Shown: in pieces, positions 62,366 to 64,000 of the stretch
Position numbering within the stretch: position 1 is the first letter of the stretch
Layout: each line of letters starts with the position of its first letter
Assembly (NCBI GenBank): GCA_030390025.1
Contig: CM059431.1
Coordinates: 96,226,001 to 96,290,000 of the forward strand
From: Squalus acanthias
Taxonomy: Eukaryota
Direction of reading: 5' to 3'
Length of the DNA stretch: 64,000 nt
Notes under the pieces: model-generated
Databases searched by the model: none
What the model was told of the DNA's origin: nothing
The model's input: only the letters and a program-made list of their open reading frames with translations
Program-made: the position numbers and the translations under genes

Positions 62366-64000
62366 CACCCGAGCACAACGCAACGCCATCCACGCACTCA
62401 AGACCAACCGCAACATCGTCATCAAACCAGCGGACAAAGGAGGAGCCATCGTCATACAGAACAGAACGGACTATTGCAAAGAAGCATACCGACAACTGGA
62501 CAACCAGGAACACTACAGACAGCTACCCGCAGATCCGACCAAAGAACACACCCGCCAACTCAATAGACTGATCAAGACCTTCGATCCAGACCTTCAAAAC
62601 ATCCTATGCGCTCTCATCCCACGTACTCCCCGCGTAGGAGACTTTTACTGCCTCCCAAAGATACACAAAGCCAACACACCCGGACGTCCTATCGTATCAG
62701 GCAACGGAACCCTGTGTGAGAACCTCTCTGGGTACGTCGAGGGCATCCTGAAACCCATCGTACAGGGAACCCCCAGCTTCTGTCGCGACACTACAGACTT
62801 CTTGCAGAAACTCAGCACCCATGGACCAGTTGAACCAGGAACACTCCTCGTCACAATGGACGTATCGGCACTCTACACCAATATCCCCCACAATGACGGC
62901 ATCGCTGCGACAGCCTCAGTACTCAACACCAACAACAGCCAATCTCCGGACGCCATCTTACAACTCATCCGCTTCATCCTTGACCACAATGTCTTCACCT
63001 TCGGCAACCATTTTTTCACCCAAACACACGGAACAGCCATGGGGACCAAATTCGCACCCCAATACGCCAACATCTTCATGCACAAGTTCGAGCAAGACTT
63101 CTTCGCTGCACAGGACCTCCAACCAACGCTGTACACCAGATACATCGACGACATCTTCTTCCTTTGGACCCACGGCGAAGGATCACTGAAAGGACTACAC
63201 GATAGCATCAACAGGTTCCATCCCACCATCAAACTCACCATGGACTACTCCTCAGAATCGGTTTCATTCTTGGACACACGAATCTCCATCAAAGACGGAC
63301 GCCTCAGCACTTCACTCTACCGCAAGCCCACGGACAACCTCACGATGCTCCACTTCTCCAGCTTCCACCCTAACCACGTTAAAGAAGCCATCCCCTATGG
63401 ACAAGCCCTGCGAATACACAGGATCTGCTCAGACGAGGAGGAACGCGATGGACACCTACGGACACTGAAAGACGCTCTCGTAAGAACGGGATATGACGCT
63501 CGACTCGTCGATCGACAGTTCCGACGGGCCACAGCGAAAAAACCGCATAGACCTCCTCAGAAGACGAACACGGGACACAACCAACAGAGTACCCTACGTC
63601 GTCCAGTACTTCCCCGGAGCGGAAAAACTACGCCATGTTCTTCGCAGCCTTCAACATGTCATCGATGACGACGAACACCTTGCTAAGGCCATCCCCACGC
63701 CTCCACTACTCGCCTTCAAGCAGCCGCCTAACCTCAAAAGTACCATCGTTCGCAGCAGATTACCCATCTTTCAGGAGAACAGCAACCAAGACACCACACA
63801 ACCCTGCCACGGCAACCTCTGCAAGACATGCCAAATCATGGACACAGATACCATCATTACACGTGAGGACACTACCCACCAGGTACACGGTACATACTCA
63901 TGTGACTCGGCCAACGTTGTCTACCTGATACGTTGCAGTAAAGGATGCTCCAGAGCATGGTACATCGGCGAGACCATGCAGACACTGAGACAACGTATGA
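62366..64000 (+). mobile_element. Young 5'-truncated Penelope-like element: RT plus GIY-YIG endonuclease (runs off the window)
   Basis: IKPADKGG, YCLPKIHK, GRPIVSG, MDVSALYTNIP, GTAMG, RYIDDIF, FLD, YRKPT; after a +1 shift in the A6 run at ~63537, NVVYLIRC..WYIGET..LRQRM. Confidence 0.93.

Overview
Eukaryotic, transposon-saturated vertebrate DNA. The repeat complement (CR1 LINEs with esterase ORF1, L2, Deu-domain SINEs, Penelope-like elements, Harbinger MITEs) suggests a cartilaginous fish, which is an inference. No intact host protein-coding gene is recognisable, and most of the window is decayed, multiply nested mobile elements. The standout is a 5.8-kb LTR provirus at 6405-12230 with a GTAC target duplication, ~480-bp LTRs and a perfect tRNA-Leu primer site. 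Its Gag carries a long coiled coil, a PSAL/PPPY late domain, an MHR and a CCHC knuckle, followed by an in-frame UGA, protease and a retroviral-type RT start. It also has an env remnant (heptad repeat-HWW-TM) that lacks the usual gamma-type TM motifs and only becomes readable after removing an L2 insertion. This best fits an internally deleted lokiretrovirus-like endogenous virus. Also notable are a single-ORF LINE with a tRNA-derived 5' head plus its internal-deletion SINE, two copies of that LINE sharing one 5' flank junction, a Harbinger transposase relic with five or more 3-bp-TSD-type MITEs, and a young Penelope-like RT/GIY-YIG element. All coordinates were read by eye and may be off by a few bases; no database searches were run.
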